Assembly (NCBI RefSeq): GCF_039982415.1
Contig: NZ_JBDWYL010000006.1
Span: 461,613 to 525,612 of the forward strand
DNA from: Parasphingorhabdus sp.
Lineage (GTDB): Bacteria > Pseudomonadota > Alphaproteobacteria > Sphingomonadales > Sphingomonadaceae
Direction: 5' to 3'
DNA: 64,000 nucleotides
The notes beneath the pieces were generated by a model. That model did not search any database, had not been told where the DNA came from, and worked only from the letters and a program-made list of their open reading frames with translations. A program made the position numbers and the translations under genes. Shown in pieces: positions 9,083-19,464 of the stretch (the first letter of the stretch is position 1; every line of letters begins with the position of its first letter).

Positions 9083-10113
9083 GTTTTACCTCCCCAGACC
9101 AGCGCCAAGCCTTTATTGCCGGCATTCCCAAAGCAGAATTGCATTTGCATATTGAAGGCTCGCTCGAGCCAGAAATGATGTTTGCTTTGGCGCAGCGCAA
9201 TCAATTGGAAATCCCCTTTGCATCCGCCGATGCAGTGCGCGAAGCCTATGCGTTTTCAAATTTGCAGGATTTTCTCGACATTTACTACCAAGGCATGAAT
9301 GTTCTACGCACCGAACAGGATTTTTATGATCTCACATATGCCTATTTCCAGCGCATTGCCGAAGACCATGCCATACACGCGGAAATATTTTTTGATCCAC
9401 AAGGCCACACCGAACGCGGCATTGCCTTTTCAACCGCGATTTCTGGCATATTGCGCGCGATGGAGGATGCGCAATCAACATTGGGCATTAGCAGCCAGTT
9501 GATCATGTGTTTTCTGCGCCATCTGTCTGAAGACGATGCGTTTGCCACATTGGAACAAGCCCGGCCCTATCTCGATCACATTGCCGGCGTGGGATTGGAC
9601 TCTTCCGAATTGGGTCACCCGCCATCGAAATTTACCAATGTCTTTGCCGCCGCGCGAAAATTGGGTTTGAAGGTCGTTGCTCATGCCGGGGAAGAAGGAC
9701 CGCCAGATTATATTTGGGAAGCGCTGGACCTACTCAAAATCGATCGAATGGATCATGGCAACCGGTCGCTGGAAGATACAAAGCTGATCAAAAGACTGCA
9801 GGATAATCAGCTGGCCTTGACGGTTTGTCCCTTGTCGAATCTGGCCTTGTGCGTGATTGATAGGCTGGACGCGCATCCCTTGAAGAAAATGCTCGATCTC
9901 GGTCTGCGTGTCACGATGAATTCCGATGATCCGTCTTATTTTGGCGGCTATTTAAATGACAATTATGAAGCCACAGCTGCGGCCCTCAATTTGAGCAAAG
10001 ATGATATTATCACCCTTGCTAAGAACAGCTTTCGCGGGTCGTTTTTAAAGCCGGATGAAATTACCGATGCGCTGCAGAAAATTGACCGCTATGTCGCGGA
10101 ATTTGAACATTGA
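9079..10113 (+). CDS. Adenosine-deaminase-family enzyme, probably adenine deaminase
   Basis: PKAELHLHIEGSLEPE, FFDPQ, HAGEE, CPLSN, NSDDP; ATGA overlap with the PRT gene. Confidence 0.88.
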   Translation: MSFTSPDQRQAFIAGIPKAELHLHIEGSLEPEMMFALAQRNQLEIPFASADAVREAYAFSNLQDFLDIYYQGMNVLRTEQDFYDLTYAYFQRIAEDHAIHAEIFFDPQGHTERGIAFSTAISGILRAMEDAQSTLGISSQLIMCFLRHLSEDDAFATLEQARPYLDHIAGVGLDSSELGHPPSKFTNVFAAARKLGLKVVAHAGEEGPPDYIWEALDLLKIDRMDHGNRSLEDTKLIKRLQDNQLALTVCPLSNLALCVIDRLDAHPLKKMLDLGLRVTMNSDDPSYFGGYLNDNYEATAAALNLSKDDIITLAKNSFRGSFLKPDEITDALQKIDRYVAEFEH

Positions 10114-10202
10114 TCCAATGTATGGCGGCGGTTGGTTAGCTATATTTACTTTTTGCTGTTACCACACCAGGCAAGGGTTAGGGCTGACAAGGAAATGGCG
10201 GT

Positions 10203-11222
10203 ATGAGCCAGCAACTTAGCGACGCAAAGCGTACCGATCCGGTTCTGGTAACCGGTGCAGCCGGTTTTATCGGCCATGCCGTTTCCAGCCAATTGATCGC
10301 AAGGGGCGAAACCGTCATCGGCGTGGACAATCTCAACGATTATTATGATCCCAAATTAAAAGCCGCGCGTTTGGAAAATTTGCAGACACTGTCCGGATTT
10401 GACTTTTACCCTATGGATATTGCCGATGCCCCTGCGGTGGCGGCTTTGGTGCAGGATCATGGGGTAAAGCGGATAGTGCATCTCGCGGCGCAGGCGGGGG
10501 TGCGCTACAGCATTGACAATCCATTTGCCTATCAAAAATCAAATTTGGAAGGCCATTTAAGCCTCTTGGAGGCCAGCCGCCACGCAACCGATTTTGAACA
10601 TCTTGTCTATGCATCTTCAAGCTCGGTTTATGGCGACAAGCCGATGGGCGGAAAGGGATTTGTCGAGGAGGAACCAGCAGTGGCGCCCGTCTCTCTCTAT
10701 GCAGCGACTAAACGATCCTGCGAATTGATGAGCCATTCCTATGCCAAGCTTTATGGATTTCCGCAGACCGGATTGCGCTTTTTTACCGTCTATGGCCCAT
10801 GGGGCCGTCCGGACATGGCCTATTTTGGATTTACCCGGAAGATTCTCGCGGGTGAAGCGATTGAAGTATATGGTGAAGGGAAAATGGCCCGGGATTTCAC
10901 TTATATTGACGATATCGTCGATGGCATCCTCGGCGCCCTCGATAATCCGCCGGAATCGGGTGATCACCACGTTCTCAATATTGGAGATAGCAGGCCCGTC
11001 GGCTTGATGGAAATGATCGAGACGCTGGAAAAAGCTTTGGGTGTGGAAGCGAAAAAAATCATGCGCCCGATGCAACCCGGGGATGTCACGGCAACCTATG
11101 CCGATATATCCAAATTGCACGCGTTAACGGGCTATGAACCCAAGATCATGCTGGAAGATGGATTGATGCGGTTCGTGCAATGGTACCGTGAATTTTATGA
11201 TGCTGCGCAGCCCGCAGGTTGA
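10203..11222 (+). CDS. NAD-dependent epimerase (UDP-glucuronate 4-epimerase type)
   Basis: TGAAGFIG, HLAAQAGVRYS, YAATK, RFFTVYGPWGRPDMA. Confidence 0.9.
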   Translation: MSQQLSDAKRTDPVLVTGAAGFIGHAVSSQLIARGETVIGVDNLNDYYDPKLKAARLENLQTLSGFDFYPMDIADAPAVAALVQDHGVKRIVHLAAQAGVRYSIDNPFAYQKSNLEGHLSLLEASRHATDFEHLVYASSSSVYGDKPMGGKGFVEEEPAVAPVSLYAATKRSCELMSHSYAKLYGFPQTGLRFFTVYGPWGRPDMAYFGFTRKILAGEAIEVYGEGKMARDFTYIDDIVDGILGALDNPPESGDHHVLNIGDSRPVGLMEMIETLEKALGVEAKKIMRPMQPGDVTATYADISKLHALTGYEPKIMLEDGLMRFVQWYREFYDAAQPAG

Positions 11223-11228
11223 TCGCGT

Positions 11229-11804
11229 TTAATATTCCCGCCGATGAGAGCCGCGCATGACCTGTTCGGCGACCAAATGCAGCTGCTCATTCACCGTTTG
11301 ATCCGTACATAGTCCGTCTTTAAATATGCCGCCCGAAGCGTTAATCCCGACGCCCAAAGGTGTCGGCCAGCCGCGCAATGCATGCACAATAGAACGCATC
11401 GCGGCCAATGTGGATCCAGTGGCCTGCCAACCATAAGCGGTGACGATCAATCCCACCGGTAATCCATCCAGATAAACACGCGCATCGCCCGAGGTTTCCT
11501 CAATATAATCCACGGCATTTTTCACCAAACCCGAAATCGTCCCATGATAGCCGGGGCTAGCGATAATGATACCGTCTGCTCGGCGGACCGCTGCAACCAA
11601 AGCTTTGCCCGTATCGTTCAAGCCGGCCGGGTCTGACAGATAATGCGGCAGGGCGCATAAGCGCGACGAGCCAAATAATTCGGTCTCGGCGCCGGCATCA
11701 GACGCAGTTTTCAAGGCAATGGCTAGGGCTTGCTCTGTCGAGGAATAGGGATTGGTGGTGCCACCGAGGCCCAGAATGAAGGGTTTGTCATCATTTTTCG
11801 CCAT
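11229..11804 (-). CDS. NADPH-dependent FMN reductase
   Basis: Probable start 11804; flavodoxin-like, SPGYHGTISGLVKNAVD. Confidence 0.85.
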   Translation of the reverse strand: MAKNDDKPFILGLGGTTNPYSSTEQALAIALKTASDAGAETELFGSSRLCALPHYLSDPAGLNDTGKALVAAVRRADGIIIASPGYHGTISGLVKNAVDYIEETSGDARVYLDGLPVGLIVTAYGWQATGSTLAAMRSIVHALRGWPTPLGVGINASGGIFKDGLCTDQTVNEQLHLVAEQVMRGSHRREY

Positions 11805-11985
11805 GGCTACTCTTAACAAGCCTTTTCAACAGATTGCAACGACCAAGAGTCTTTGGCGGACATGACAAAAAGAACAGGTTGCCGGGCATGGAGTCACGTG
11901 TTTTAATTGACCAGTTAAACCAGAATCGGTATCGGCTGTCTCAGACAGTTGATCACCAAACACGAATCAATGAAGGATTTCTTCC

Positions 11986-13146
11986 ATGCGTAAATTTACC
12001 GAAGAACAGCATATGTTCCGCGATGCCTATCGTCGTTTTCTCGCCGATGATGTCGCCCCGCGTATGGATGAATTTCGCGAAGCGGGAATAGTGGACCGCG
12101 ACATATTCAAAAAGGCTGGTGATCAAGGCTTTCTGATGGTTTGGCCGGATGAAAAATATGGCGGAATGGGCGATAATGACTTTCGCTATGAACAAATTAT
12201 CATTGAAGAGACCACCCGGGCGGGCTGCGCGGAATGGTATAACACGCTGCACAGCCGTCTGGTTGGACCCTATTTCAAGAATATCGGAAACGAGGAACAG
12301 CGCGAACGCTTCCTGCCCAAATGCGTCAGCGGCGAAACCATCCTTGCCGTCGCCATGACCGAGCCTGGCGCCGGCAGTGACTTGTCCGGCATGAAGACGA
12401 CCGCCACAGATAATGGCGATCATTGGGTGCTGAACGGGTCCAAGACATATATCTCCAACGGCATCAACGCTGACGTCGTAATCGTTGCAGCTAAAATAGC
12501 TGGCGTTGACGACAAGCATGCGATGGTGTTGCTGATTGTCGAACGCGGCATGGAAGGTTTTGAACGCGGCCAGAATCTAGAAAAAATTGGTCTGCATGCT
12601 CAAGATACGGCCGAGCTTTTCTTTAACAATGTCAAAATTCCAAAAGAGAACCAGCTCGGAACACCGGGCAAAGGCTTTATCCATCTGATGGAAGGCTTGG
12701 CCGAAGAACGTCTGATCGCGATGGTCGGCTATGCCGCCTCGGCCCGCCGCGCGTTTGATGTGACGCGTGATTTCGTGATGGAACGCGATGTCTTCGGGAA
12801 AAAACTCAGCGACATGCAAAACACCCAGTTTAAAATGGCCGAAATGGACGCCAAAATTGACATGCTGCAAACATATGTCGATCATTGTGTCGAAGTGCAC
12901 AACCAAGGCGGTCTCAACGCCAATATCGCCGCAAAAGGCAAGATGCTGGGCAGTGAAATTGAATGGGAAATGGCAGACCTTGGTCTCCAATTACATGGCG
13001 GCGCTGGCTATATGAAAGAATATGAAATCAGCCGCATCTTCACCGATGCGCGGATGAGCCGCATCTATGCCGGTAGCAGTGAAATCATGCGCTATATTGT
13101 TGGCCGCGATGTCTTCAGTCAGAAATATCAAAGCATTTTGGAATAA
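11986..13146 (+). CDS. Acyl-CoA dehydrogenase (long-chain type)
   Basis: AMTEPGAGSD, LNGSKTYISNG, QLHGGAGY, RIYAGSSEI. Confidence 0.95.
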   Translation: MRKFTEEQHMFRDAYRRFLADDVAPRMDEFREAGIVDRDIFKKAGDQGFLMVWPDEKYGGMGDNDFRYEQIIIEETTRAGCAEWYNTLHSRLVGPYFKNIGNEEQRERFLPKCVSGETILAVAMTEPGAGSDLSGMKTTATDNGDHWVLNGSKTYISNGINADVVIVAAKIAGVDDKHAMVLLIVERGMEGFERGQNLEKIGLHAQDTAELFFNNVKIPKENQLGTPGKGFIHLMEGLAEERLIAMVGYAASARRAFDVTRDFVMERDVFGKKLSDMQNTQFKMAEMDAKIDMLQTYVDHCVEVHNQGGLNANIAAKGKMLGSEIEWEMADLGLQLHGGAGYMKEYEISRIFTDARMSRIYAGSSEIMRYIVGRDVFSQKYQSILE

Positions 13147-13228
13147 GCTTCTCGCTTGAATAGCCAAACCGTCTGACTAGACTGTGATCAGCAGCGATAA
13201 AGCTCAGGCGAGTCGCTCCAGTTTTTAA

Positions 13229-13244
13229 TTTACGTTTACGTAAA
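13229..13244. promoter_or_regulatory. LiuR-type (MerR family) operator TTTACGTTTACGTAAA
   Basis: 7-bp perfect inverted arms TTTACGT/ACGTAAA with a TT spacer, 76 nt upstream of the thiolase; matches my recollection of the LiuR consensus TTTACGTwwACGTAAA. Confidence 0.7.
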
Positions 13245-13319
13245 CTGCTTGACTGTGCTGCAGCGCAACATTAACTATGCACTTAATAGTTCAGACTTAA
13301 TCAAAATAAGGAATATCGC

Positions 13320-14534
13320 ATGACCGAAGCCTATATTTACGACGCTGTGCGCAGCCCCCGTGGCAAAGGCCGCAGTGATGGCAGCTTGCATGAAATTACC
13401 GCTCTCGATTTGGCATCCCAAGTCTTGGCGTCGGTCAATGACCGCAACGAGCTGGATGGACATGAAGTCGAGGATATTGCTTATGGTTGCGTGTCTCCGG
13501 TCGGAGAACAAGGCGCTGTGATCAGTCGCATGGCCGCACTGAAAGCGGGCTATGCAGATACCACGTCAGCCATTCAGGTGAACCGGTTCTGCGGATCCGG
13601 TCTCGAAGCGGTAAATATCGCTGCTGGTAAAATCAAATCCGGTGAAGCCGATCTCGCTGTCGGGGGCGGCGTCGAATCCATGTCGCGCGTGCCCATGGGC
13701 AGTGATGGATTAGGCGGCATGGCTGACCCCAGCCTGGTCTTTCAGGAATATTTTGTTCCCCAAGGTATTTCCGCGGATCTGATCGCGACCAAATATGGCT
13801 ATAGCCGCGATGATGTTGATGCCTATGCCATGGAAAGTCAGAAGCGAGCCGCAAAAAGCTGGGAAGAAAATCGGTTTGAAAAATCCATTTTGCCGATCAA
13901 AGATGTGATTGGCGAAACCGTGCTTGATCATGATGAGCTGATGCGCCCGGAAACCGATATGCAATCTTTGGGCTCGCTCAACCCGGCCTTTCAAATGATG
14001 GGCGAACAAATGCCCGGCTTTAACGATGTCGCCATATTAAAACATCCTGATGTCGAGAAAATGAATCATGTCCACCATGCTGGTAACAGTTCTGGCATTG
14101 TCGACGGTTCCGCAGCGGTGCTGCTTGGCAATGAAGAAGCGGGAACCAAATATGGCTTGAAACCACGCGCGCGTATTGTTTCCATGGCTTCGATCGGATC
14201 CGAACCGACTATCATGTTGACCGGCCCTGAATTTGCCGCGCAAAAAGCGCTCAAGCGCGCCGGTATGGACGCCAGCGACATTGATGTTTGGGAATTGAAC
14301 GAAGCCTTTGCTGCCGTTGTTCTGCGTTTCATGGAAGCGATGAATGTTGATCATAATGATATTAATGTAAACGGCGGCGCCATTGCCATGGGCCATCCTT
14401 TGGGCGCCACTGGCGCAATGATCCTGGGTACCGTGCTCGATGAGCTGGAACGGTCCAACAAACAAACCGCTTTGTCGACGCTGTGCATCGGCGGCGGCAT
14501 GGGCATTGCCACCATTATCGAGCGAGTGAACTGA
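13320..14534 (+). CDS. fadA: Acetyl-CoA C-acyltransferase (thiolase)
   Basis: [27 protein letters not shown]. Confidence 0.92.
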   Translation: MTEAYIYDAVRSPRGKGRSDGSLHEITALDLASQVLASVNDRNELDGHEVEDIAYGCVSPVGEQGAVISRMAALKAGYADTTSAIQVNRFCGSGLEAVNIAAGKIKSGEADLAVGGGVESMSRVPMGSDGLGGMADPSLVFQEYFVPQGISADLIATKYGYSRDDVDAYAMESQKRAAKSWEENRFEKSILPIKDVIGETVLDHDELMRPETDMQSLGSLNPAFQMMGEQMPGFNDVAILKHPDVEKMNHVHHAGNSSGIVDGSAAVLLGNEEAGTKYGLKPRARIVSMASIGSEPTIMLTGPEFAAQKALKRAGMDASDIDVWELNEAFAAVVLRFMEAMNVDHNDINVNGGAIAMGHPLGATGAMILGTVLDELERSNKQTALSTLCIGGGMGIATIIERVN

Positions 14535-14589
14535 TCGGCAGATCGCCTTTCCCACCCACTCCCATACCCTATTTAGCAGGATATAATTC

Positions 14590-16779
14590 ATGACTTACGA
14601 AACACTCACCGTCGATATTGACAGCGACGGTATTGCCCTTGTCACCATCGATCTGCCTGGCCAGTCGATGAACGTCTGGAACGAAGGCTTGATGGCCGAT
14701 TTTCCAAAATTTGTGGAAGAACTGATTACCAATGACGCGATTAAAGGCGCTGTCATCACTTCCGGCAAGAAATCCGGATTTCTAGCCGGCGCGGATCTGA
14801 ATATGCTCGGATCGTCCAAGGCGACGTCGATGAAAGAAGCCTTTGATCAAGCCTGGGGCCTGAACGGCATTCTTCGGAAAATGGAAACCGGCGGCAACAC
14901 CGCCAAAGATTTGCTGAAAGGCAAAGCCCACGCCAAACCGGTTGCTTGCGCCTTAAACGGTCTGGCGCTTGGCGGCGGTCTCGAACTGGCCTTGGCCTGC
15001 CATTATCGGGTTTGTGCCGATAATCCAAAATTGCAATTGGGTCTGCCTGAAGTGCAAGTTGGCCTATTGCCCGGCGGCGGCGGCACACAGCGCCTGCCGC
15101 GTCTCGCGGGATTGCAAGCCGCTGGCATGGCTATCATGATGGGTCAGCCGATGAACCCGCAAGCAGCACTAGCGCAAAAAATTGTCGACGAAGTCGTTCC
15201 CGCGGAAGATGTCGTCGCAAAAGCCAAAGCCTGGGTCAAAGCCAATCCGAAAGCCTCGGCTCCTTGGGATAAAAAAGGCTGGAAATTCCCTGGTGGTGCC
15301 GGTTCAATGGATCCGCGCGCCGTACCGCTTTATCTCGGTTCGTCGGCAATGGCGCTCAAACAAAGCAAAGGCAATTATGAAGCGGTCAAGGCAATCCTGT
15401 CTTGTCTCTATGAAGGTTCGATGTTGCCCATCGACACCGCGCTAAAAGTGGAAAGCAAATATTTCACCAAATTGCTTTCGGGGCCACAAGCCAAGAATAT
15501 GATCCGAACCTTGTTCGTGAACAAGCAAGCGGCCGACAAAGGCGCGATGCGGCCCGAAGGCGTTCCGGCGACCGACCTAAAAACTGTCGGCGTTCTGGGT
15601 GCCGGGCTTATGGGGTCAGGTATCACCCATGTCACGGCCAAAGGCGGAATGAATGTGATTGTCCTCGACCGCAATATGGAGGAAGCCCAAAAAGCGATCG
15701 CCTATAGTCAGAAGATTGTCGACAAAGGCGTGAAGCGCGGCAAGATGACTCAGGAAAAAGCGGACGCATTCATGGCGCGGATTACGCCAACCGATAATTA
15801 TGACGATTTGAAAGATGTCGACTTGATTATCGAAGCGGTGTTTGAGCGCCCCGATGTCAAAGCGGACGTGATCAAGAAAACCGAAGCGGTTATTGGCAAA
15901 GATGTGGTCTTCGCATCCAATACATCCACCTTGCCGATTACCGGTCTCGCAAAAAATAGCGAACGGCCAGATCAATTTATCGGCATGCATTTTTTCTCGC
16001 CGGTAGAAAAAATGCCGTTGCTGGAAATCATTCCTGGTGAGGAAACCGGTGACAAGGCTCTGGCGGTTGCGCTCGACTATAATGCTCGCATCCGCAAGAC
16101 ACCAATTGTCGTCAAAGATGTGCGCGGATTTTACACCAACCGCGTCTTCCCGCCTTATGCCAATGAGGCGACGATGATGGTGGCCGAAGGGGTTAATCCC
16201 GCCTTGATTGAAAATGCGGCCATTTCCATGGGCATGCCCATTGGACCGCTTGCCATTGTTGATGAAACCACCTTGCAACTGGGCTATGATATCATGACGT
16301 CAACCCAGGAAGAAATGGGTGATGCCTATGTACCAAGCGGGACTGAGGAGCTCATGGAATTGATGGTCAAGAAAATTGACCGTCGGGGACGGCGCTTTGG
16401 TGGCGGCTTTTATGAATATGCCGATGATGGCTCGAAAAAGCTCTGGCCCGGTTTGAAAGAACATTTCCCGCTCGCTGAAAACCAGCCGACGGTTGAAGAA
16501 GTCAAACAACGCTTGATGTATATTCAGCTTATTGCGACCGCTCAATGTTTTGACGAAGGCGTGGTGTCAGATCCGCAATCAGCCGATCTGGGTGCGATTT
16601 TCGGTTGGGGCTTCGCCCCTTGGACTGGCGGTCCGATGAGTCATATCGACACAATCGGCGTCGACAATTTTGTCCGGACCGCTGACATGTTGGCTCAAAA
16701 ATATGGCGAGCGTTTCAAGCCTCCAATGAGTTTCCGCGCAAAAGCTGATGCTGGCGAAAGCTTTTACAAAGCCGCTTGA
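14590..16779 (+). CDS. fadB: Multifunctional enoyl-CoA hydratase / 3-hydroxyacyl-CoA dehydrogenase (FadB/FadJ type)
   Basis: 729 aa; crotonase N-domain (LGGGLE, GLPEV), GAGLMG, ASNTS, GMHFFSPV. Confidence 0.92.
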   Translation: MTYETLTVDIDSDGIALVTIDLPGQSMNVWNEGLMADFPKFVEELITNDAIKGAVITSGKKSGFLAGADLNMLGSSKATSMKEAFDQAWGLNGILRKMETGGNTAKDLLKGKAHAKPVACALNGLALGGGLELALACHYRVCADNPKLQLGLPEVQVGLLPGGGGTQRLPRLAGLQAAGMAIMMGQPMNPQAALAQKIVDEVVPAEDVVAKAKAWVKANPKASAPWDKKGWKFPGGAGSMDPRAVPLYLGSSAMALKQSKGNYEAVKAILSCLYEGSMLPIDTALKVESKYFTKLLSGPQAKNMIRTLFVNKQAADKGAMRPEGVPATDLKTVGVLGAGLMGSGITHVTAKGGMNVIVLDRNMEEAQKAIAYSQKIVDKGVKRGKMTQEKADAFMARITPTDNYDDLKDVDLIIEAVFERPDVKADVIKKTEAVIGKDVVFASNTSTLPITGLAKNSERPDQFIGMHFFSPVEKMPLLEIIPGEETGDKALAVALDYNARIRKTPIVVKDVRGFYTNRVFPPYANEATMMVAEGVNPALIENAAISMGMPIGPLAIVDETTLQLGYDIMTSTQEEMGDAYVPSGTEELMELMVKKIDRRGRRFGGGFYEYADDGSKKLWPGLKEHFPLAENQPTVEEVKQRLMYIQLIATAQCFDEGVVSDPQSADLGAIFGWGFAPWTGGPMSHIDTIGVDNFVRTADMLAQKYGERFKPPMSFRAKADAGESFYKAA

Positions 16780-16796
16780 TCAGCATAATATTTAAG

Positions 16797-16828
16797 AGAA
16801 AAGAGCTCCTTCGGGGGCTCTTTTTTTT
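16797..16828. terminator. Rho-independent terminator, probably bidirectional
   Basis: AAGAGCTCC-TTCG-GGGGCTCTT followed by a T-run and preceded by an A-run; lies between the converging fadB and tetR stops. Confidence 0.85.
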
Positions 16829-16830
16829 GC

Positions 16831-17562
16831 CTAGCGCGGCTGATTGGCGGCGAGCCGGTCCAATTTTGCCGAAAGGTTTTTCAATTCCTTTGCCATAGCA
16901 TCCAAAGCCAATTGATCGGGCTCTGGAACGGCATCGGCCGCGCCATAATGAGCGCGAAACAAAGCGATCATTTGATCGACAACAGGACCGGTTTGCCTGC
17001 AATCACGATCGGGCTCGATGGTCATTTCTATTGATCGCGCGCTATATTCCAAAGTGCCATAAAATACATCGCGGGCTTGCCACAACACGGCATCCGGCCG
17101 AATTTCACCGCGATCCAGGCCGCGGCGAAACAGATTGTCGAACACCGCAACATAATGGCGCAGATGGTCGCGCGATACGCTGACTTCACTATTGTTGCGG
17201 CGCAGCGCAAAGGTCAGATTGATAAAGTCGTTATTTTCAATCACGGTTTGCAAATGATATTGTGCCAACGCCTGCAATCGGTCAAAAAATCCTTCGGCCT
17301 TTGTCGCTTGCATCACTGCTTGCGCTTCTAGTGTCAGGCCGTCCCAGAATTGCTGCAATACCGCCAGCATTAATTCCGCTTTGGACTCATAATAGCTGTA
17401 AATTGTTCCCTCGCCGATACTGGCTCGCCGCGCAATTTCTGACACCCGGGCACCATCAAATCCATGTTCTACAAAGACCGCGCGGGCCGCGTCCAAAATG
17501 ACGCGCTCTTTGCGCTCCAATTTTGCCCGCTGGGTTTCCAAATGAACCGGCTTGCTTGCCAA
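16831..17562 (-). CDS. TetR/AcrR-family regulator (AtuR-like position)
   Basis: HTH signature (VFVEHGFDGARVSEIARRASIGEGTIYSYYESK); TTG start; divergent from atuA. Confidence 0.9.
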   Translation of the reverse strand: MASKPVHLETQRAKLERKERVILDAARAVFVEHGFDGARVSEIARRASIGEGTIYSYYESKAELMLAVLQQFWDGLTLEAQAVMQATKAEGFFDRLQALAQYHLQTVIENNDFINLTFALRRNNSEVSVSRDHLRHYVAVFDNLFRRGLDRGEIRPDAVLWQARDVFYGTLEYSARSIEMTIEPDRDCRQTGPVVDQMIALFRAHYGAADAVPEPDQLALDAMAKELKNLSAKLDRLAANQPR

Positions 17563-17631
17563 TAGAAGATCCTTGATTGAACTTGACTCGATAATACCGA
17601 ATGCTATTCAAATAACCATAGGAGACTCAAT

Positions 17632-19464
17632 GTGTCAAATGACAAGCGCATTCTTATTGGTGGGGCTAGTGGATTTTGGGGCGAGTCAGACATGGCGGTG
17701 CCGCAATTTTTACAGGCCGGGCAAAATGGTCAGCGCCTGGACTATATTGTTTTTGACTATTTGGCCGAAATAACCATGTCGATTCTGGCACGGGCGCGGA
17801 GCAAAAATCCCGACCTTGGCTATGCAACTGATTTTGTTTCAGGTGTGGTAAAACCGCATATTCATGCCCTTGCTGAGCAAGGCATAAAGCTTATTTCCAA
17901 TGCCGGTGGTACCAATCCCATGGCTTGTGCTGCCGCCGTTCGGGCGGCGATTGCCGAGGCTGGTCTGGATCTCAGCGTTGCCGTGGTTACCGGGGACGAC
18001 CTGACCGACCGCGCGGCGGAATTTGCTGAGCATCGGGAAATGTTTTCGCACGAAGCCTTTCCAGATCCGCAAGCCATTGCCAGCATCAATGCCTATCTTG
18101 GTGCCTTTCCGATTGCCGCTGCTTTGGATCAGGGTGCCGATATTGTGATTACCGGTCGGTGCGTGGACAGCGCGGTGACATTGGCGGCTTGCATTCATGA
18201 ATTTGGTTGGCAGCCCGATGATTGGAATCAACTGGCTGGCGGAAGTCTTGCAGGCCATATTCTGGAATGCGGCCCGCAAGCCACAGGCGGGAATTTTACC
18301 GATTGGGAAGCCATTGCCGACAATATGGACAATGCCGGCTATCCAATTGCAGAAATTGCTGCAGATGGCAGCTTTATAGCGGCAAAGCCCAAAAATACGG
18401 GCGGCTTGGTCAATATCGGTACCATTGGCGAGCAGATGCTCTATGAAATTGGCGATCCGCAGGCCTATATCTTGCCCGATGTTATATGCGATTTTAGCCA
18501 AGTCAATTTACAGCAAATAGATCGTGACCGCGTTGCGGTTTCTGGTGTGATCGGCCTACCCGCTCCCGATCATTACAAAACCTGCGCTACATATGCAGAC
18601 GGCTGGAAATTGGTCGCGCCTTTTTTCTTCATCGGCATGGATGCCAAGCGCAAGGCTGACAGTTTTGCTGCCAATGCGCTCAAGCGCACTCGGGCCAAAT
18701 TGCGGGCCTCCAATGCGGGTGATTTTGATGATGTGCTGATTGAGACGCTTGGCGATGACAACCATTTTGGGGATTTTGGCACAGCGCCAAACACGCGGGA
18801 AGTGGTGCTGAAAATCGGGGTCAAGCATCGCGATCCAAAAGCCGCCATGCTACTGCTCAAAGAAGCGACCGGCATGGGCCTCGCCACGCCGCCGGGACTG
18901 GCACTGTTCGCCGGCGGACGGCCCAAACCCACTCCGGTGGTCCGGCTGTTTTCAATGCTGATAGCCAAATCGCAGGTTTCTGTAACATTGGCTGTGGGAG
19001 AAGATTCGCAAGATTTTGGCATCGCCTCCGGCGTCCCGTTTGACGCGGCATCAATTGTCCGGGCGGAGCCTCCGAGCCTGCCCGATTGCGGTGAAGCGAT
19101 GTGCGAGGTCCCGCTGATCACACTGGCCTGGGGCCGCTCGGGAGACAAAGGCGACAAATCCAATATCGGCATTTTGCCGCGGGATAAAATATTCGCGCCT
19201 TGGATCTGGTCTGCTCTGAACGAAGATATTGTCCGGCGCCGATTCGCGCATTTTATGCAAGACCCGGATAGCCCCGGCAGTGTTGAGCGCTTCTTTATGC
19301 CCGGCACTGGGGCCATAAATTTTTTATTGCACGACATACTTGGCGGCGGCGGGGTTGCATCGATGCGGAACGATCCGCAAGGTAAAAGCTATGCCCAGAT
19401 ATTACTTGCGACCCCAGTTTCCGTTCCGCAATCTCTCTTATCCACTCCGTCTAAGGCGCTTTGA
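17632..19464 (+). CDS. atuA: Acyclic terpene utilization protein AtuA (DUF1446)
   Basis: 610 aa; GGASGFWG, FDYLAEITM, GHILECGPQATGGNF, RSGDKGD, DPQGKSYAQ. Confidence 0.9.
   Translation: MSNDKRILIGGASGFWGESDMAVPQFLQAGQNGQRLDYIVFDYLAEITMSILARARSKNPDLGYATDFVSGVVKPHIHALAEQGIKLISNAGGTNPMACAAAVRAAIAEAGLDLSVAVVTGDDLTDRAAEFAEHREMFSHEAFPDPQAIASINAYLGAFPIAAALDQGADIVITGRCVDSAVTLAACIHEFGWQPDDWNQLAGGSLAGHILECGPQATGGNFTDWEAIADNMDNAGYPIAEIAADGSFIAAKPKNTGGLVNIGTIGEQMLYEIGDPQAYILPDVICDFSQVNLQQIDRDRVAVSGVIGLPAPDHYKTCATYADGWKLVAPFFFIGMDAKRKADSFAANALKRTRAKLRASNAGDFDDVLIETLGDDNHFGDFGTAPNTREVVLKIGVKHRDPKAAMLLLKEATGMGLATPPGLALFAGGRPKPTPVVRLFSMLIAKSQVSVTLAVGEDSQDFGIASGVPFDAASIVRAEPPSLPDCGEAMCEVPLITLAWGRSGDKGDKSNIGILPRDKIFAPWIWSALNEDIVRRRFAHFMQDPDSPGSVERFFMPGTGAINFLLHDILGGGGVASMRNDPQGKSYAQILLATPVSVPQSLLSTPSKAL

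Noticed and set aside
11895-11900. CACGTG core as an additional parS
   Set aside because: Flanks (GAGT/TTTT) do not match GTTT or GTTC ... GAAC.
13271-13286. TTAA-N8-TTAA (also at 11903-11918) as CtrA boxes
   Set aside because: Spacing is 8, not the required 7.
15616-16278. 220-aa minus-strand ORF (and similar shadows opposite atuA, atuF and rho)
   Set aside because: Long antisense ORFs are expected from codon bias in GC-rich coding regions; no independent evidence.
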